A stretch of 64,000 nt of DNA from Mobula hypostoma. Its lineage: Eukaryota. The notes under the pieces are model-generated. The model did not search any database and was not told the DNA's origin. It saw nothing but the letters and a program-made list of their open reading frames with translations. Below are positions 12,241 to 24,774 of this stretch, piece by piece. The first letter of the stretch is position 1. The number at the start of each line of letters is the position of its first letter. The position numbers and the translations under genes are program-made. The DNA is taken from assembly GCF_963921235.1 (NCBI RefSeq), contig NC_086097.1, positions 124,436,001 to 124,500,000 of the forward strand, given 5' to 3'.

Positions 12241-12994
12241 GTGCGCATGGGTGGAGAAGGAATGTATGTGATGTCCAGGTCTACTAAGGAACTTAAAAAT
12301 GAGGATAAAAATTTTATAGACTGAGAGAGTCCCAAGGAACAAGTTACTCAGAAATAAGATAACTCTGCAAATGAAATGAAACACCAATTTAGTTTTTAAA
12401 ATCTTCTTGAATTTGGGTTCTTATTTTAAAATATTTCTTTATAAAAGCAAAATTGCTTACATTGAGCAACAATTGTGGATGACACATTTGAATACATCAT
12501 TATTTAAAGTTAAGAGATACTGAACCCCTTGTTAGATTTTAGCAGGGCCCCATTAATTACAGACATACTGGTTAAAAATTCATTAACATCTACGCAATAA
12601 CTCATCTGGGTATAAGGACACTAGCAAAAAATAAAGGTAAGTTCTGTTTATTCAACCCTGTAAATTCCGGTAGCATTTTTCAAGTATAATCAAGTCCATA
12701 GAAGTATTGTAAACCTTTTCTATCTAACAACTTGATCAGTATCAACTTTGCACAACAAAATGCATTCAGTCTGATTTTTGATAACAAGAAAATAATGTGA
12801 GGTGCTACAAGAGTGATATACGTGAATCTGAATACGAACTTGAGATTCAGTTTCTTGCAGGCATTACAGGAAAATAAAGGAATGCAGCAGAATTTAGGAA
12901 AACAAAGACTGGCAGACAACCAATGTGCAAGACAAATTGTGCAGAATGTAAAAATATATATCCAAAAATAAATAAATAATACTGAGAACATGAA

Positions 12995-13826
12995 AGAGGC
13001 AGAGCGAAGTCAAGATGGCACTAAATGGCCACTCCTTTGCTTGCATCTTTGGAAACAGCTCTATTTCTAATCTTTGAAATCTCTTTTTTTACTTTTCAAG
13101 GTTATTTTGAAGACCTTGACCTGGAGTTACACTCTGACTTTGGTCCTCTCCGGGAATGGGACCCGCTCTCAGGGCTTCTTTCTGATATCCCAAGAATGCC
13201 GCTGGGAAGACGCGCTCCTTCCGGATTCTGGAATTTCGTGGCTCTGGGGACGTGCTGATTCTAGGCCCGTGCCCCTGACTGAGACATCGCGGGAGAACAC
13301 GGAACATCGGGAGCAGCGGGTTAGCTGCCGGGGGTTGTGTGTCCAGAGAGCTGTGCCTTTCTGGTGCCGAATCTCCGGGTGCAGAGCTCAGAAAAAAACG
13401 ACACAACGGACTTTTAACATCATAAGTCAGACAGTTGTTTGTTATGTCTCTCTTCTCGCTGTGAAACAGTGACATCTCTTTTTCCATGTTAGGGAGAGAG
13501 AGAGAAACTGTGGTATGTCAAATTACTGGGTGAACAAGTAGTTTTTAGGGTACAGCAAGTCTGTGACTTTATTGATACTTTGCTGCACACTTGAGTGCTC
13601 CGTGGAGGGAGCGGATGCTTCTTTGCTGGTGGGGGAGGGGAGGGGTCATTGCCTTGCTGCTGCTTCTGTGGGGGAGGGAGAGCTGAGGGGGGGACTTCAG
13701 GGTTCTAACACTTTAACTATTAGTCATTCTTTGTGGGACCCCTCTGTTTTCGTGGATCTTTGCGAAGAAAAAGAATTTCAGGATGTATATTGTATACATT
13801 TTTCCGACATTAAATGTACCTATTGA
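12995..13826 (+). repeat. Probable non-autonomous retroposon-like repeat (~830 bp), unclassified
   Basis: CpG-containing 5' part starting aagatggc and a LINE-like 3' end (gaatttcaggatgtatattgtatac...attaaatg); no credible ORF. Confidence 0.45.
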
Positions 13827-13829
13827 AAC

Positions 13830-14080
13830 GTATTGAACCTATTCTCTCCTTGGCATCCCAGGGGCTGCAGGATTGTCACAGAGGCTGCTGGGTGAGCCTC
13901 CAGATAGCTACGGATCAAGTGGTGTGACCCGTGGACCAACGTTGCTGGGACACAAACCAGGGCCAGATCAACCCTGGCTGGGTCGCCTGGGTGAGAGTGT
14001 TTGATGTTGAAAGACCAGAAGCACCCGATCACCCCAGATTACATCACCGATAAAGTGTTCCAGAGCACCTAGGATGCATC
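13830..14080 (+). mobile_element. HERO-like (RLE, R2-group) non-LTR retrotransposon 3' end
   Basis: Decayed C-terminus EAAG*ASR*LRIKWCDPWTNVAGTQ followed by gatcaaccctggctgggtcgcctggg...gatgttgaaagacc, resembling fish HERO 3' ends as recalled. Confidence 0.55.
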
Positions 14081-14504
14081 TCTGCATCGAAGAGCCCTTG
14101 AATAGAAACAACATGAGCCCTTGAAAATGCAATTGGCCTTTGTTAATTGTGCTGAAAGTGTTGGTGAATGAGAGAATCGGGGGTGGGGTGGAGTGCGGTG
14201 TTACAGGGAATTGAGTAGACAAGTATTGCAAGGTCTTTTCATTTCATCGAATAACGTGGCCTCCTGGTCATTAATAGCTGAATAGTCTTTGCATAACACA
14301 ATGCATTCAATCTGATTTTTGATATGAGATGCTATACCTGGTGATATACCTGAATCCAGGTCACTCTTCCTACACTTTCCAGTGGCAATATATTTTGCTC
14401 TCATTTCTCTGAACTTGCAGACTGATAATGGAGCAGGGCAAAAACAGAGAACGTGGGACCTTGGTGAGCCTTGGAACAGACAGTGCCTCCTTAATCAATA
14501 AATA

Positions 14505-15248
14505 CACTCAGTGCAACTTTATTAGGTACAGTTACACACCTGAAATGCTGGAGGAACTCAGCAGGCCAGGCAGCATCTTTGGAAAACGGTAAACAGTCGA
14601 CGTTTCGGGCCGAGACGCTTCATCAGGCCGGTTGGGTCCTGCTGAAGTATTTCAGCCCAAAACTTCGACTGTATTCTTTTCCGTAGATGCTACCTGGCCT
14701 GCTAAGTTCCTCCAGCATCTTGTGTGGGTTGTTTGGATCTCCAGCATCTGCAGATTTTCTCATTTGTGACAGTTGTATACCTGCTTGTAAACGCATATGT
14801 CTAATCAGCCAATCATGTGGCAGCAACTCAATGCATAAAAGCATGCAGACATGGTCAAGAGGTTCAGTTGCTGTTTAGACCAAACATCAGAATGGGGAAG
14901 AAATGTCATCAAACTGACTTTGACCGTAGAATGATTGTTGGTGATTTGAACATCTCAGAAACTGCTGATCTGGGATTTTCACACACAAGCCTCTAGAGTT
15001 TAGAGAGAATGGTGCAAAAAACAAAAAAAAAACATTCAGTGAGTAGCTGTAGGTGGGTGAAAATGGCTTGTTAATAAGAGAGATTAGAGAAGAATGGCCA
15101 GACTGGCTCATGCTGACAACAGTAACTCAGATAATCACACGTTACAACTGGTGTGCAGAAGAGCATCCCCTGAAGGCAGAACACGTCAAACCTTGAAGTA
15201 GATAGGGTGCATCAGCAGAAGTCTACCTAATAAAGTGGCCACTGAGTG
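14505..15248. mobile_element. Non-autonomous Tc1/mariner element (MITE-like) containing a Penelope-type fold-back insertion
   Basis: TIRs CACTCAGTG..ACTTTATTAGGTA / TACCTAATAAAGTGGCCACTGAGTG with TA at 14503-14504 and 15249-15250. Related copies at ~31875-32102, 39421-39896, 41165-41260 and 56925-57490. Confidence 0.85.
14540..14768. repeat. Penelope-type terminal repeat pair in inverted orientation, each with a damaged hammerhead motif
   Basis: Arms atgctggaggaactcagcaggccaggcagcatc / gatgctacctggcctgctaagttcctccagcat; minus-strand CTGATGA-AGCGTCTCGGCCC-GAAA-CGTC at 14594-14629. Confidence 0.75.
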
Positions 15249-15339
15249 TAGAATGGACTAGTGATAGAACCAGAGGAGAATAAATTAAGGAAATCAAACC
15301 TGGCGTCACTTGAAAGGCAAAATGAAAAGAAAGAGAGAG

Positions 15340-15762
15340 CCAAAAGACCGATGCCAAGGGTTGAGGCCCGAGGGCCAATTGGAAGTCCAGAAGTCGAGGC
15401 CCAATGGCCAGGGCCCCGAGTCTGCAAGTCTCTGGGGAATTCAAAGCCCAACATCTGTGAGCCTGAGTCTGAGTCTGCTGGAGGCTCTAGGCCGAGGAAC
15501 ATGGCCTGCCTGGGTTGGACGACAATGTGGGTGTGTGTGTGTGGGTGGGAGGAACGGGGCTTGTTTTGCAGTGTTGCTTTGTTGCTTGGCATGTTGTGTT
15601 CTGCCGAGCACTGTGGGCATGCTATGTTGACATCAGAATTAGTGGTGACACTTGCAGGCTGCCCCCAGCACACCCCAGTTACGTTGGTTGTTGACGCAAA
15701 TAACGCATTTCACTGTATGTTCCAATGAACATGGGATAAATAAACTTAAATCTTAAATCTTG
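15340..15762 (+). repeat. Dispersed retroposon 3'-UTR-like family with (AATCTT)n tail
   Basis: Shared block gttctgccgagca.tgtgggcatgctatgttg...ggctgccccc...ttgttgacgcaaa also at ~3150-4107, 23640-24300 and 42725-43197. Confidence 0.7.
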
Positions 15763-15904
15763 ACAAGTGAAGAGCTGTAAAAACCGAACAGAATCCCCAG
15801 GATCACAGATTTCTGACCAACACACACATTAATAATAACTTGCATTCTGAACGGCCATTTGTTTTTCCAGCAAACTCTGACCAACACAACATGGTAAGAA
15901 TTAC

Positions 15905-15997
15905 CTCTCTTTTCTGAGCAGCCTCCTGGAAAGCCTTTAGTTTTCGGGTTTGATCCAGAGTAGGCTTAACCCAGCCTCTCGCCAGCTCATAGGTAGC
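15905..15997 (-). CDS. SNX31: SNX31-like internal exon D (93 nt, phase 0->0): ATYELARGWVKPTLDQTRKLKAFQEAAQKRE
   Basis: Long polypyrimidine acceptor ending ttttag and donor GAG|gtaatt. WxKPT and KLxAFQ match recalled SNX31 (WAKPTQAQRQKLEAFQ). Confidence 0.92.
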
Positions 15998-16149
15998 CTA
16001 AAATTGGAGGTGAAAGGAAGAAATGGTGAAGAAGAAACAATAACATTCCTGTTTTTTTTTAATTTTTGTGGTCATTCAGAAGGAGATTTTAAATTAACTT
16101 TAAATTCCTCGGGTTTTTCATTTCAGTGGACCTGTCCTGCACCCAGCAC

Positions 16150-16885
16150 ATTACGCAATTACGAAGGATGTACGGCAGCTTCTCTACTTCCTTAGAAGTT
16201 TAAGAAGTTTCTGCATGACACCTAAAACTTTGACAAACGTCCATAGATGTGTAGTGGAGAGTGCATTGACCGGTTGTATCACTGCCTGGTATGAAAACAC
16301 CAATGCCACTGAACAGCAAATCCTACAAAAAATAATGGATACGGCCCAGTCCATCATGGTTAAATCCTCTCCCCCACCACCAACATTGAGCGCATCTACA
16401 CGGAGCATTGTCACAGGAAAGCAGCATCCATCATCAAGGACCCCCACCACCCAGGACGTGCACTCTTCTTACTGCTGCCATCATCAGCAAGAAAGTACAG
16501 GAGTCTCAAGACTCACACCAACACTTTCAGGAACAGTTACTACCCCTCAACCATCAGGCTCTTGAACCAGTAGGGACAACTCACTGAATCCCATCATTAA
16601 ACTGTTTCCACAACCTGTGGACTCACTTTCAAGGACTCTTCATCTCATGTTCTTGATACTCATTGCTTATTTATTTGTTATTATTATTATTATTTCTTGT
16701 TTTCCCCTTTGTATTTCCAGTTTGTTGTCTTTTGTACTTTGGTTGTTTGTCCGGCTTGTTGGGTACAGTCTTTCATTGATTCTATTACAGTCCTTGGATT
16801 TGCTAAGTAAGCCCATAAAACAATGAATCTCAGGGTTGTATATGGTGACATATGTGTACTTGGATAATAAATTTACTTTGAACTT
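16150..16885 (+). mobile_element. Rex1/Babar-like LINE 3' fragment
   Basis: ORF 16215..16565 MTPKTLTNVHRCVVESALTGCITAWY; tail aataaatttactttgaactt. Confidence 0.82.
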
Positions 16886-17418
16886 ATTATATTGGGAACG
16901 TGATGATTTCTCCCAGTTCATTTTGGTGGTCCTAATGATTAGAAAATCCAGAGAACAAGACAGCGGCACAGTTGCTGCCTCCTGCTCCAGCAGCTGGTGT
17001 TCGATCCTCACCACCAATGCCGTTTACATGGACTTTGCAAGTTCGCCCAATGACAATATACATTTCCTCTAGTTACCCCAGTTTCTTCCCACATTCAAAG
17101 TTTAGTAGGTTAACTCAAAGTCAAATCAAATTGAAATTTTATTGTCAAAGTATGTATTTGTCACCATACTAACTTGAGATTCATTTTCCTGCAGGCATTT
17201 ACAGGAAACTAAAGATAATCAATAGAAATTACAAAACTATACATAAACAAAGACCGGCAAACAACCAATGTAAAAGACAAATTGTACAAATAAAAATATA
17301 AATAAACATTTTTAAAGTAAGTAAATAAATATTGGTTGTTGTTGCATAAGACAGCAGCCACTCCGGGTCTAATCAAAAGTGTATTTGCTTGTCCTTTACA
17401 TCCTTTTCACTATTTCAA

Positions 17419-17604
17419 ATCACTGCTGGACACTGAGATCATCAAATACGGCAGGATTATCCCATCGGCAAGTTGCTCGATAGCGAGGGAGCTGGACTGA
17501 CTGTGCATCACTGCTGGACACTGAGATCATCAAATACAGCAGGATTATCCCATCGGCAAGTTGCTCGATAGCGAGTGAGCTGGACTGACTGTGCATCACT
17601 GCTG
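17419..17604. repeat. 88-bp tandem duplication (about 2.1 copies, 2 mismatches)
   Basis: atcactgctggacactgagatcatcaaatac... starts at 17419 and 17507, with a partial third unit at 17595. Confidence 0.95.
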
Positions 17605-18964
17605 TGATGTCACCTGGACTAGTTACGTACCTTCATTGCTTTGAGACGGTGAGTGGTGCGAGTGATTGCCTTGGGCAGTTTTATTGTGATCGCAAGACCC
17701 TGTTGGATATTGTTAGCCTAGAATACCGCAAGTCCAGCTCCCTGGTTCATGGTGAGACAACAGCACGAGAGCTGCGTTGCCTCGATTGTGGTGAGGTGTA
17801 GGGGTCGCCTGTTACAGTTGCCCAGGGTAAGAGGCACTGGAGGCATGTGGCAGAGGCTTCTGTAGGAGTGCTAGAATCTGTACTACGTCTTTCCCACTGG
17901 TGCTGCCCTCTAGTGTTTGCTTGGTGGAAGAACAAGCTGGAGCAGGGCAACTTGCCACCAATCATGCCACTCAGGAACTTGGGCTGTATATATTTTTCTT
18001 TGTGCTTGTATTTTTTCTGCAGTCCTAACTAGATGTGCTATTTGTGCAGCATGTTGTGTGCTACTAGCAATGTGCTTTGCACCTTGGCCCCAGAGAACTG
18101 CTGTTTTGTTTGGCTATATTCATGTATTGTTGAATGATAATTCGAAATTCAAAGTTCAAAATAAATTTAATATCAAAGTATACACATGTCTTTATGTGTT
18201 TATGAAGTACATATATATAATTAAACTTGAATTTGAGTTGTAGAATCCTTGAAACCGGCCATTGTAAATCCTGTGTCGTGAATGACAGAATCGGGGAGAT
18301 GCGCAGGGGGGTGCGGGGTGGAGTTGGAATTAGTGGGAATGGAGTGGAGAGGAAAGGGTAAGAAAACAAGATAGAATTAAGATAGGGATTAGTCTAAAGT
18401 GACGCATCACAGTGGACTCTATGATGCTTAACCTCTTCAACAAGAAACACGTTATGAATTTGCCATTACCTGTGCATCCATGTGAAGAAATTACCTCTCA
18501 GGAGTGATTCATACCTAGATGTGCCCAATTGTTACAGGAAAAAATAATAACATTCAAAACAAAATTTCAGGGAAAAGCTGATCCCTTTACTCAATGTTTT
18601 TGTTTTAAACACTTGTGACAAATTTGAATCACGTGGAATTTGCTTAAGATTCTACAAGTCTTTGCAACAGTTGGCCTTTTCAAAGTGAACTGCACACATT
18701 AAAGCAGCAGAACAAAGTAGAAATGTGCATTCTGCATGTTAGCTATTTGCTGGAAAAAGATCACGTGAACTCTTCCATCACCATGCGGTTTCCATCATCA
18801 TTTTCCATTAAGAAATCCCAGAGCTACAATCATTAAAGGCAAGTGCCGGAGTAAATATGTTCTCCAGCCAGTAGAGGTGCTGTTGTGGAAGAAGCTCTAA
18901 TTTCAGAATGTCAATATACCAAAGCAAAGTTTATATAATGTGGACAATGGAACTTATAGGTTGA

Positions 18965-19510
18965 CATAACACAGGGCTGTTTGCTCAGCCCAGTGCTGTT
19001 CACGCTGCTATCTCATGATTGGACTGCCAGATCCAGCTCAAACTGCGTCAAGTTCGGTGATGATACCACAGTGGCTGGCCTCATCGGCAACAATGATGAG
19101 TCAACACACAGAGAGGAGGTAGAGAGGATCATTAAAGGATGTGAGAACAACAACCCGAGTCTCAACATGGACAAGAAAAAAACGATGAGTATGGACTTCA
19201 CACAAAAGGCTGGAGGAACTCAACAGGCCAGGCAGCATCTATGGAAAAAGAAGGACCTTGGCCCGAAATGTTGACTGTACTTTTTTTCCCCATAGATGCT
19301 ACCTGGCCTGCTGAGTTCCTTCAGCATTTTGTACAAGTTGCTCGGACTTCCAGCATCTGTTGATTTTCTCTTCTTTGTGATTTGATTATGGACTTCGGGA
19401 AGGCACAGGTCAGCCACTCTCCATTGCACATCGATGTCTCTGCCTTAGAAAGAGTGAACAGCACAAAGTTCCTTGGTGTGCACATAATGGACGTGGACCA
19501 CCAACACCTC
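18965..19510 (+). mobile_element. Rex1/Babar-like RT fragment, split by a Penelope-type fold-back unit
   Basis: LSPVLFTLL..CVKFGDDTTVAGLI and ERVNSTKFLGVHI on either side of the insertion. Confidence 0.82.
19200..19382. mobile_element. Penelope-type fold-back unit with target-site duplication
   Basis: Inverted arms around a partial hammerhead (ggcccgaaatgttgactg); TGA(G/T)TATGGACTTC duplicated at 19186-19199 and 19383-19396. Confidence 0.8.
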
Positions 19511-19518
19511 CTCATTAC

Positions 19519-20915
19519 TTCCGGGCACCACGAACAAATACTTCCGTTTGCTACAGCTGAGAACCACAACTACATCTAAGGTCTGTACAGTTAGTAGCGT
19601 CATTTTAAAGTGACTAAAGATATTTATGAATGGACTTTGGTTGATAGTGTACTTCCCCTTTAAGTGGGCGGAAAAGGGGATGCCGAGCTAGACTAATAGA
19701 AGTATAGCTTTTGACTCCCATTACCGGCTATCTTGCTGGCAAATGTACAGTCTCTGGTAAATAAAATTGAAGACCTCAGAGCTAGCATGCTGAATCAGAG
19801 GAACATTAGGACCATTTGCATGGTCCGTATCACGGAAACTTGGTTAACCCCTTCCGTTCCGTTCTCAGCGATCCAGATTGATGGGCTGACAATACGTCAC
19901 CAAGACAGGACAGCCGAGTCTTTCGAAGGCAGGGGAGGAGGAGTAGGCTTCATGATCAACTCTTCAAAGTGTACAAATGTGGCGATGCTGTCCCAGTCCT
20001 GTTCACCCGACCCGCAACACCTCGTGAGCAAGTGCCGCCCATTTTACCCGCTGTGGGAGATCTCAGCGATCACTTTGGTAGCAGTGTACATTCCACCTCA
20101 GGCCAATGCCAAGCAGGCTCTAGACCAACTGAGCGATGTGACAGCGCGCACTGACGCCTTCACCACCATTTTGGGGGATTTTAACCAGGGCGGCTTGAAA
20201 AGGTCTCTAAATAACTATTACCAACAAATCACTTGAAGTACCAGAGGAAACAGTGCACTGGACCACTGTTACACCACCATCAAGAGTGCCTACCATGTTA
20301 TTCCACACCCTCACTTTGGAAAGTCTGATCACCCGGCTATATTTCTACTCCCTATATATAGGCAGAGACTGAAGCCTGCAGCATCAGCAGAGAGGGCCAC
20401 GAAGATATGGACAAGGGAGGTGCAGGAGCGCCTACAGGACTGCTTTGAATTGATGACTGGACTGTATTTAGGGATTCATCTTTGAGTCTGAATGAGTACA
20501 CCACAGCTGTCACTGACTTCATTAAAACCTGTGTGGAGGAGTGTGTGCCAATGAGAACTTACTGTACATACCCAAACCAAAAGCCGTGGATGAACCAGGA
20601 GGTTCAGAGACTGCTGGTGGCTAGATCTGTGGCATTCAAGTCTGGCAGCCCAGGCGGGTACAAGAAAACCGGATATGACTTGCGGACGGCTATTTGAAGA
20701 TCTAAGGAACAATTCTGAACGAGGTTGGAGGTGGAATCGGATGCATGTCAACTCTGGCAGGGTTTGCCGCCCGTGACTTCCTACAAAGTGAAACCCAACA
20801 CCATGAATGGCAGAGGTGCTTCTCTCCCAGACAAGCTCAATGCCTTTTACGCTGGCTTTAAAAGGGAGAGTAAAACCACAGCTCTGAGGATCCCCACAAC
20901 ACCTGGTACCCTGTG
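19519..20915 (+). mobile_element. Rex1/Babar-like LINE 5' part encoding a decayed AP-endonuclease domain
   Basis: ORF 19733..20236 with LANVQSL, ITETWL, AVYIPP and LGDFN, continuing to LDHCY and GKSDH; then YPNQKPWMN. Confidence 0.85.
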
Positions 20916-21019
20916 AAAGCACACACTCTTCAAATCAGGAACAGCTTCTTCCCCTCTGCCATCCGATTTCTAAATGGACATGGAACCCGTGAACACTACA
21001 TTAAACCTGATTCTGATTC

Positions 21020-21645
21020 GGATCAGTCAAGAAGGCACAGCAGTGTCTACACTTGCCGAGGAGAATGAGATGTACAAAGCTCCCTGCCCTCACTCTAACA
21101 ACTTTCTACAGGAGTACAGTCAGGAGCGCCCTCTCTGGCTGCATCGACGTGCAGTACAGAAATGGCGGAGACGCTACAGAAGACAGTTAAAACCTGCCCA
21201 GGGGCTCCCTCCCCACTATTTGTGGCAATTACTGGCAGCATTGCAGACGAAGGGCCCAAAGCATTGCTGAGGATTCCAGCCACCCATCCCACGACCTCTT
21301 TGACCCACTACCGTCAGGAAGGAGGTACAGGAGCATCAGGACCAGGACTGCCAGAATGGGGAACAGTTTCCTCCACACCGCCCCCCCCCCCCAGGCCGAG
21401 AGAGCTATGAATACCCTGTCAGCACTGAGGTCTCGTCACTAGCACAGCAAGCTGATTACTGTTTACCTTTTACCTGTGCTGTTTACCTTTTAACTGTGCT
21501 GCAGAATTCACATGCATTTTAAATTATAGTTTATTAACTTGTTTCTGGTAATATTTTGTTTGATGTGCTGTGTGTGATACATGTACTGTGGGTGCACAGT
21601 GGTCCAACTGATTGTATACATGTACAGGCAATCAACTTGAACTTA
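21020..21645 (+). mobile_element. Rex1/Babar-like LINE 3' fragment
   Basis: Decayed 3' ORF (FLRRMR..LTTFYRSTV..LSGCI..) followed by a 3' UTR ending aacttgaactt. Confidence 0.7.
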
Positions 21646-22936
21646 AGCTCTTGAAAAACCCTAAAAGAATGGCTATCTACACACATACTGTACGAAAAGT
21701 CAGGCACGTATACAGCCAGGGTGCCTAAGGATCTTGCATTGTACTGTATTTGTCAGCGTGGAGTGGAGAGCGAGCCTGTAAATTGGGCAGGAGCAAAGGA
21801 TGTTGGGAATGGCGAGGGGGGAGTGCTGCAGGAGGCGGGTGAGGCTGGTGGCAGACGAGGAGAGCGAGGGGCCGGTGGATGGAACAGGTGCAGACACACC
21901 CAGCCCTGAGACACCAGGCAAGGACATTTGATAACAAACTATTAGTTTCTTGATCATGACAGAATGTCTGTGTAGTGCTTCCTGCTCCCTCCACCTCCTC
22001 CTTCCTCTTTTCCCAACCATGATTCCCCACCCCCTACTGTGTTACCATGCCCCCCCACCAAATCTGCTCCTGTATCTTAAAGTCTCAATCTGTAGGTGAG
22101 GGTTAGAATCTGGGGAAGCTGATGAGAGTGTGGGGAGAATGGAGAAAAGATTAATATGGGGTTAGTGTAAGTAGATCGTGGATAGTTGGGACTGAAGAGA
22201 GTGTTCTGGTGCAAAATCTCTTGATGACCCTGACTTATTCATTCCTTGCACTAGTGTTGGGCAAGGCAACCTCCTTTATGGATGTGCGACCACCCGTAAA
22301 AAGAGCACAAGAAAAGTTACTGTGCCCCCCTCCCCCCGCCGAAGGACTGTTTAGCAGAAGTGAAAGCTAGATGAATGTAATATAAGAACATAAGAAATAG
22401 GAGCAGGAGTCGGCCATCTGGCCCGTCGAGCCTGCTCCACCATTCAATACCATGGCTGATCTGGCCGTGGACTCATCTCCACCTGTACAATCAGATATTC
22501 TGTCCATAACATTGAAATGTATTTCATTGCTTGATGTTCTTCTCAACTTAGCAGAATGCAGAAAATCTATCTGAAGTTTACCATTTCTTTGAGGAAAACA
22601 GGAAACTCAACATTGTAACACACATTATTTAAATTCTACTCATTGTAGAGATAAATCTATCTTCTTTTTTTGCTGTGAAATGTCAAAGTTGTATTTGGAG
22701 GCAGAAAAAGCAGTGTTATCCTTACATAGTATTATTAGAACTAGTCATCCATTACAGAATATTAAACTCAATCTCCACAAGGTTACTTATTGTGCCAGGT
22801 TTATGTAGGAAACTGTCTTTTTGTTCAATATTTTCCATATCCTTTTTATATTCCATTGGCCTTTACACAACCCGTTCTAATTGTAGTCAGAGTATTTATG
22901 ACATTGCTGATGTGTGCAGAATTTTAATTCCCTTAC

Positions 22937-23006
22937 CTGACTGTACAATAGGAGGACTCCAGCAATACTTCCCATCAGTAGTCTATCCTTCAAAGGATCC
23001 AAGTAA
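22937..23006 (-). CDS. SNX31: SNX31-like internal exon C (70 nt, phase 2->0): (S)YLDPLKDRLLMGSIAGVLLLYSQ
   Basis: Acceptor ttttttgcag and donor CAG|gtaagg. Matches the family pattern Y.(D/A)P..D..LM.....V.LLY.Q. Confidence 0.9.
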
Positions 23007-23104
23007 CTGCAAAAAATGGACATGTTTCTCAGTGATTTAGCCAGACAGGCAGTTCAACTGCAAGGCAAAACTTCAAAACACAAAATAAACTTGGCTCATT
23101 CACC

Positions 23105-23218
23105 AACAAGAGAAAATCTGCAGATGCTGGAACACACACAAAAACTCAGCAGGCCAGGCAGCTGTGATGGAAAAGAGTACAGTCGATGTTTCAGATCGAA
23201 TCCCTTCGGCAGGATTGA
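23105..23218 (-). repeat. Penelope-type terminal repeat with a degenerate hammerhead, ~100 nt upstream of the exon C acceptor
   Basis: Minus strand CAATC-CTGCCGA-AGGGATTCGATCT-GAAA-CATC-GACTG followed by the family tail ccagcatctgcaga. Confidence 0.7.
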
Positions 23219-24774
23219 ACAGAATACATTGAATCTAACACTCCAAGGCTCCAGCTGGAAAATTTTACTCTTAAATATGACTTTGCAACCAGCATAAAAG
23301 TAGATAATTTGGCAGCAGCTTATTGAGAAAGTGCACAAATAGAAGACTTACTTGTCTCTACGTTTCCTTTCTGCAGGTTTTCATCTTGTGGTTTTATTTT
23401 CTACTTTGATTCTGCTGAGTTCTACTTTAACATATTTACAATACTTTGAGAACTCATTTTATTTAAATGTTAGATTAACAAGCAGGAACTGAAGGTGGAC
23501 TGCAAGGTTCCTCTCTCACGGTTCTTCAGTTCACTTTGTACTTTGGTTTGGAAGGTGCAATTGTTTTGTCTAAATCTTATTTCAGACTTTCTTAGCAATC
23601 TGGCTGACCAGATGTTCCCATGTCAGTGAGTTGTCAGTGTGTTCTGGGATTGGAGTTCGGTGTGAGCAGGAGGCACGAGGGGTGGTGACCACCTCGGTAC
23701 GCGAGTCGGCGAGACTGATTTTCAAGGCCTAGTATTTGGGATCCTGTCATCGGTGAGTCCAGAGCTTGTGGTTGGAGTTTGGGTTCTGACCCAGGGTGCC
23801 CATTTGTTGTCGCCAGCGAGTCCCAGTTGACACCGAAGATCGAAGACTGAAGGCTGATTGGAAGTTGCAGACCAAAGCCCAAAGGTTGATCGGAAGTTCA
23901 GAAGTTGAAGCCCGATGCCTGGAGCCCTCAGTCTGTGAATTTCTGCAAGTCCGCTGAAGAAGTCGAAGGCCCAATGTTTGAGAATCCATGTGTCCACTGA
24001 AAGCCAGAGGCTGAAGATAGCCTGTCCTGGCTTTAGAGGATTTTGTAAGTATGTGGGGGGGGGGGAGAGGGGGTGGGGAACAAGGTGAGAGAGAGGAATG
24101 TGGCTTGTTTTGCTGTTGTTATTTCATTGCTCGGTATGTTCTGTTTTGCTGTGTTCTGTGTTGTTCTGCTGAGCATGGCGGGCATGCTACGTTGGCGAAA
24201 GAATTGGAGGCGACTCTTGCGGGCTGCCCCCCATCACATCCTCGGTTGTGTTGGTTGTTAACACAAATGACACATCCCATATTAAATAAATCTGAATCTC
24301 AATCCGTACCCCACGTTTCTGTGCCAAAGAGAAATTTTATCATGAAGGAAAAATTTAAGAACTATACCTTCCTGTTTACAGCGACACACAAGATTATCTT
24401 CAATCTCCTGAAGAGCCATTAGGTTACACACTACACCCACAGACAAGTATGAGGACACCTTCAATGGAACAGAGTAGATCATTTGGCCCAGGGACATATT
24501 CTGCCAATCACTGAGCTCGCAGCTGGCCAATCACCTGTTATGGATCTACACTCAGTGAGCACTGTACTAGCTACCTCCTGTACCCAACAGAGTCACCACT
24601 GAGTGCACTGATCCCCAAGGTAGGCCACTCCGTCCACTACCACCCTCTTCCTCCTATCACTCAGGCAACTGTGCGCAACGCGAGAGATGAAAATTAAGAT
24701 AAACAATAAGAAAATACTCTTTGCCTGAATTTGCTCGTGGGCAGCTTTGGGAGGGTAAAAAATAGTGAAATTGA

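Noticed and set aside
18465..18520. Small exon-like segment (tag|GTATGAATC...CAG|gtaatg, minus)
   Set aside because: Poor polypyrimidine tract and no homology; the expected exon is accounted for at 22937-23006.
18865..18885. CCAGTAGAGGTGCT as a second, convergent CTCF site
   Set aside because: Fails the conserved GGC positions of the core.
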